Below are positions 60,801 through 64,000 of a stretch of 64,000 bases of DNA, in pieces (position 1 is the first letter of the stretch; each line of letters opens with the position of its first letter). This stretch comes from Peribolospora baueri (Eukaryota): positions 1 through 64,000 of the forward strand of contig JAMDHS010000049.1 of the NCBI GenBank assembly GCA_029717555.1, written 5' to 3'. Position numbers and translations under genes: made by a program. Below the pieces are notes generated by a model. It worked only from the letters and a program-made list of their open reading frames with translations, was not told the origin of the DNA and did not search any database.

Positions 60801-63800
60801 CGGCTTCGGAGCTAACTCCTACGCCGAGCCGCACGAGGTCGACCACGAGCTTTCGCATCCGAGCGACAAGCGCATCTTCGCCATCGCCAATGCCCTCGTC
60901 AGCGGGTATACCGTGGAGGACATTTGGAAAAAGAGCCACATCGACAAGTGGTTCCTTCGCAAGCTGGAGCGCATCACTCGCATGGAGAAGATTGTGTCCA
61001 ATTTCAATGCTACTACCCTCCCGCGTGAGATACTGCGTCAGGCCAAGCAGCTCGGCTTCTCTGACAAGCAGATCGCCAAGTCACTCGGCTCCACGGAGCT
61101 CGCCGTGCGTCGTCTGCGGCAGGAGGGTAATGTCATGCCGTTCGTCAAGCAGATCGACACCGTTGCAGCCGAATTCCCCGCACACACAAACTACCTCTAC
61201 ACCACGTTCAACGCCGTTGAGCACGACGTCTCGTTCGATGACATGGGCATCATGGTCCTGGGCTCGGGTGTCTACAGGATCGGCAGCTCGGTTGAGTTCG
61301 ACTGGTGCGCTGTGCGTGCCATCCGCACGCTGCGCGAGAACGGTTTCAAGACTGTCATGGTCAACTACAACCCGGAGACCGTATCGACGGACTACGACGA
61401 GTCGGACAGGCTTTACTTTGAGAATATTAGCTTGGAGACGGTGCTCGACATCTACGATACCGAGCGCTCCAAAGGCGTCATCCTCTCCATGGGGGGTCAG
61501 ACGCCCAACAACATCGCTCTGGCGCTCCATCGTCAGAACGTCAAAATCCTCGGCACGTCGCCGGAGATGATCGACACAGCGGAGAACAGGTACAAGTTCT
61601 CGCGCATGCTCGACAAGATCGGCGTCGACCAGCCTTTGTGGAAGGAGCTCACGAGCTTTGAAGAGGCGCACGAGTTCTGCAAGAGGTTCGGCTACCCCGT
61701 CCTCGTCAGGCCTTCTTACGTCCTGTCCGGCGCGGCGATGAACGTGGTCTACTCGCCCGATGACCTCTCCAATTACCTCTCGCAAGCCACTGCCGTGTCT
61801 CGCGAACATCCCGTGGTCATCTCCAAGTACATCGAGGAGGCCAAGGAGATTGAGATGGATGCCGTGGCGCGCGACGGCAAACTGGTCATGCACTTCATCT
61901 CTGAGCACATTGAAAATGCCGGCGTGCACTCGGGCGACGCGACGCTCATTCTTCCGCCTCAGGACCTGGACCCGGAGACGGTGCGGCGGATCGAGGCAGC
62001 GACGCAGAAGATCGGCGCGGCTCTGCACGTTACGGGGCCGTACAACATCCAGTTCATCGCTAAAAACAACGAGATCAAGGTCATCGAATGCAACCTTCGC
62101 GCGGCGAGGTCGTTCCCTTTCGTGAGCAAGGTCACGGGCATCGATGCCATCGAGATGGCCACAAAGGCCATGCTCGGCCTCCCCATCGAGCCGTATCCGC
62201 AAAACACCATGCCGGAGGAGTATGTCGGCGTCAAGGTTCCTCAGTTCTCGTTCAGCCGCCTCCTCGGTGCCGACCCCGTGCTCGGCGTCGAGATGGCCTC
62301 TACCGGCGAGGTGGCCGCTTTCGGAAAGAACAAATACGAGGCGTACTTGAAGGCCCTGCTTGCCAGCGCTATCAAGATTCCGCGCTCTGGTAGCGTCTTG
62401 CTCTCCGTCGGCTCGTTCAAGGAGAAGCTCGAAATCCTGCCGTCGGTGCGCAAGCTCCAGGCGCTCGGTTTCACGCTGTATGCCAGCGCGGGCACTGCTG
62501 ACTTCCTCAGCGAGTCAGGCGTTAATGTTCGCTACTTGGAGGCGCTGGACGAGGAACACATCGCGCCAAATGGCAGCATGGCCGCCGCGACGGGACCGGA
62601 CCTGAGCAAGAAGGAGTATGACATCTTCAGGATGCTCGCCTCTGGCGAGATTAAGCTTTATATTAACCTGCCCTCGCGCAACAAGTATCGTCGTCCGGCA
62701 TCGTTCGTCTCCAAGGGGTACAGGACCCGCCGTCTGGCCATCGATCGCGGCATCCCGCTGGTGACGAACATCAAGAACGTCAAAATTCTCGTCGAGGCTA
62801 TGAGCCGTTACCCCGGTCTCGAGGCCGACTTGAGTCTCAGTCCGGTCGACTCCAAGACGTCTCACAGGACCTACACGTTCCCTGGACTCATCAACTTCCA
62901 GGCTTTCCTCCCCAGCATCGCCGACCCAGCCGCCGGCGCTCGCGACCTCGCCGAGCTGACCAAAGCTTCTTTGGCCGGTGGTTTCACTCAGGTCCAGGTC
63001 GCGCCCAGTGGCCTCACGGCGAGCATTGAGGACGCTCGCACGCTCGAGATCGCCGAAGAGACTGTTGCTGGCGCGGCGCACTGCGACCTGTCCTTCGCGG
63101 TAACGGCGACGGCGGAGAACGCCGCTCGCTTGAGCGAGGTGTCTGACCGCGTCCGATCGCTGTACATCCCCTTCAACGCGTTCACCAACGCCAACATCAA
63201 CAAGGTCGCCGCCGTCGCCGCACACTTCGGCGCTTGGCCCGAGGACAAGCCGATCATCACAGACGCCAAGACGACGGACTTGGCATCGATTCTCTTGCTT
63301 GCCAGCTTGCACTCTCGCTCCATTCACGTCACCAACGTTACCTCTCGAGACGACATCCAGCTCATCGCGCTCAGCAAGGAGAAGTCGCTTAAGGTCACCT
63401 GTGACGTCTCTGTCTATTCGCTCTTCTTCACCTCTGAGATGTACCCCGCCTCGACGTGCTTGCCTACCGCAGCTGATCAGAAAGCGCTCTGGGACAGCCT
63501 GGCCGTTATCGATGCATTCTCCGTGGGCAGCACTCCTTACCAGCTCGCCCAGGAGCTCGGCTTCGTCGCGTCTCCTTGGTCGGGCATGGAGGAATGCTTG
63601 CTTCTCCTCTTGAACGCTGTCAATGAGGGTCGGCTCACGCTCGAGGATATCACCCTTCGTCTGCACGACAAGCCGAGGGAGATCTTCGACCTTCCAGAGC
63701 AGCCGCAGACAAGCATCGAGGTGGAGGTGGACAGGCGAGCGAGCGTGAGGAGTAGGGCTCAATGGAGCCCACTGGCCAAGCGCAGCATCATGGGTTCGCT

Positions 63801-64000
63801 CCACCGCGTCGTCGTACACGGCCAGACCGTCGTCCTGGACGGTAAGAGCCTGAGTGACGGTACCCTCGGCACTTACGTCTCCGCCTCCACGACGAGCGGC
63901 GCCAGGACGGCAAAGAGGAGGGAGAGCAAGCACCGCTTTTCAATTTCCAGCTCCAGCGGTCGGCCTCCCGTTGCCTTGTCCGCGTCTCCAATGCCCTCAA
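57866..64000 (+). CDS. URA2: Multifunctional pyrimidine biosynthesis protein (GATase, CPSase, DHOase-like; truncated by window end)
   Basis: [29 protein letters not shown] and QFHPE fused in frame to [22 protein letters not shown] and the CPS large-subunit repeats, then a DHOase-like region from about 62870. Introns near 58155-58303 and 60199-60291. Confidence 0.97.

Noticed and set aside
58198..63933. Long antisense ORFs opposite URA2 and other genes
   Set aside because: Shadow ORFs expected from high GC3 codon bias; no domain motifs.
1473..64000. LOG, DCD1 and URA2 as a nucleotide-metabolism cluster, or TRS120, SEC39 and VPS55 as a trafficking cluster
   Set aside because: The genes are tens of kb apart and interspersed with unrelated housekeeping genes; chance is sufficient.

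Overview
GC-rich, intron-containing eukaryotic DNA that reads as a basidiomycete fungal genome (inferred from short GT-AG introns and gene content; the species cannot be named). It holds about 16 protein genes: LOG phosphoribohydrolase, Hos1-like HDAC, Zn2Cys6 transcription factor, ORC5, a membrane spermidine-synthase-like methyltransferase, GPI16, TRS120, a PX-domain protein, a 150-aa secreted protein, DCD1, SEC39, an OPT transporter, a membrane RING-H2 ligase, VPS55, FRA10AC1 and the 5' part of URA2. There is also one intron-containing tRNA-Ala(AGC). The most unusual structure is at 15080-20918. Two inverted copies of an unclassified non-coding element, each with a different 21-bp tandem array near either end, flank the methyltransferase gene. 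They share an apparently identical 413-bp core while their arms have diverged. An 11-bp target-site-like duplication (TAAGATGCGCG) is split between the inner flank of one copy and the outer flank of the other, which is the footprint expected if the 3.7-kb gene-bearing segment has been inverted. A third end of the element (360-551), two related solo-LTR-like relics and a CpG-free tract are also present. All gene models and alignments were made by eye; no database searches were run.
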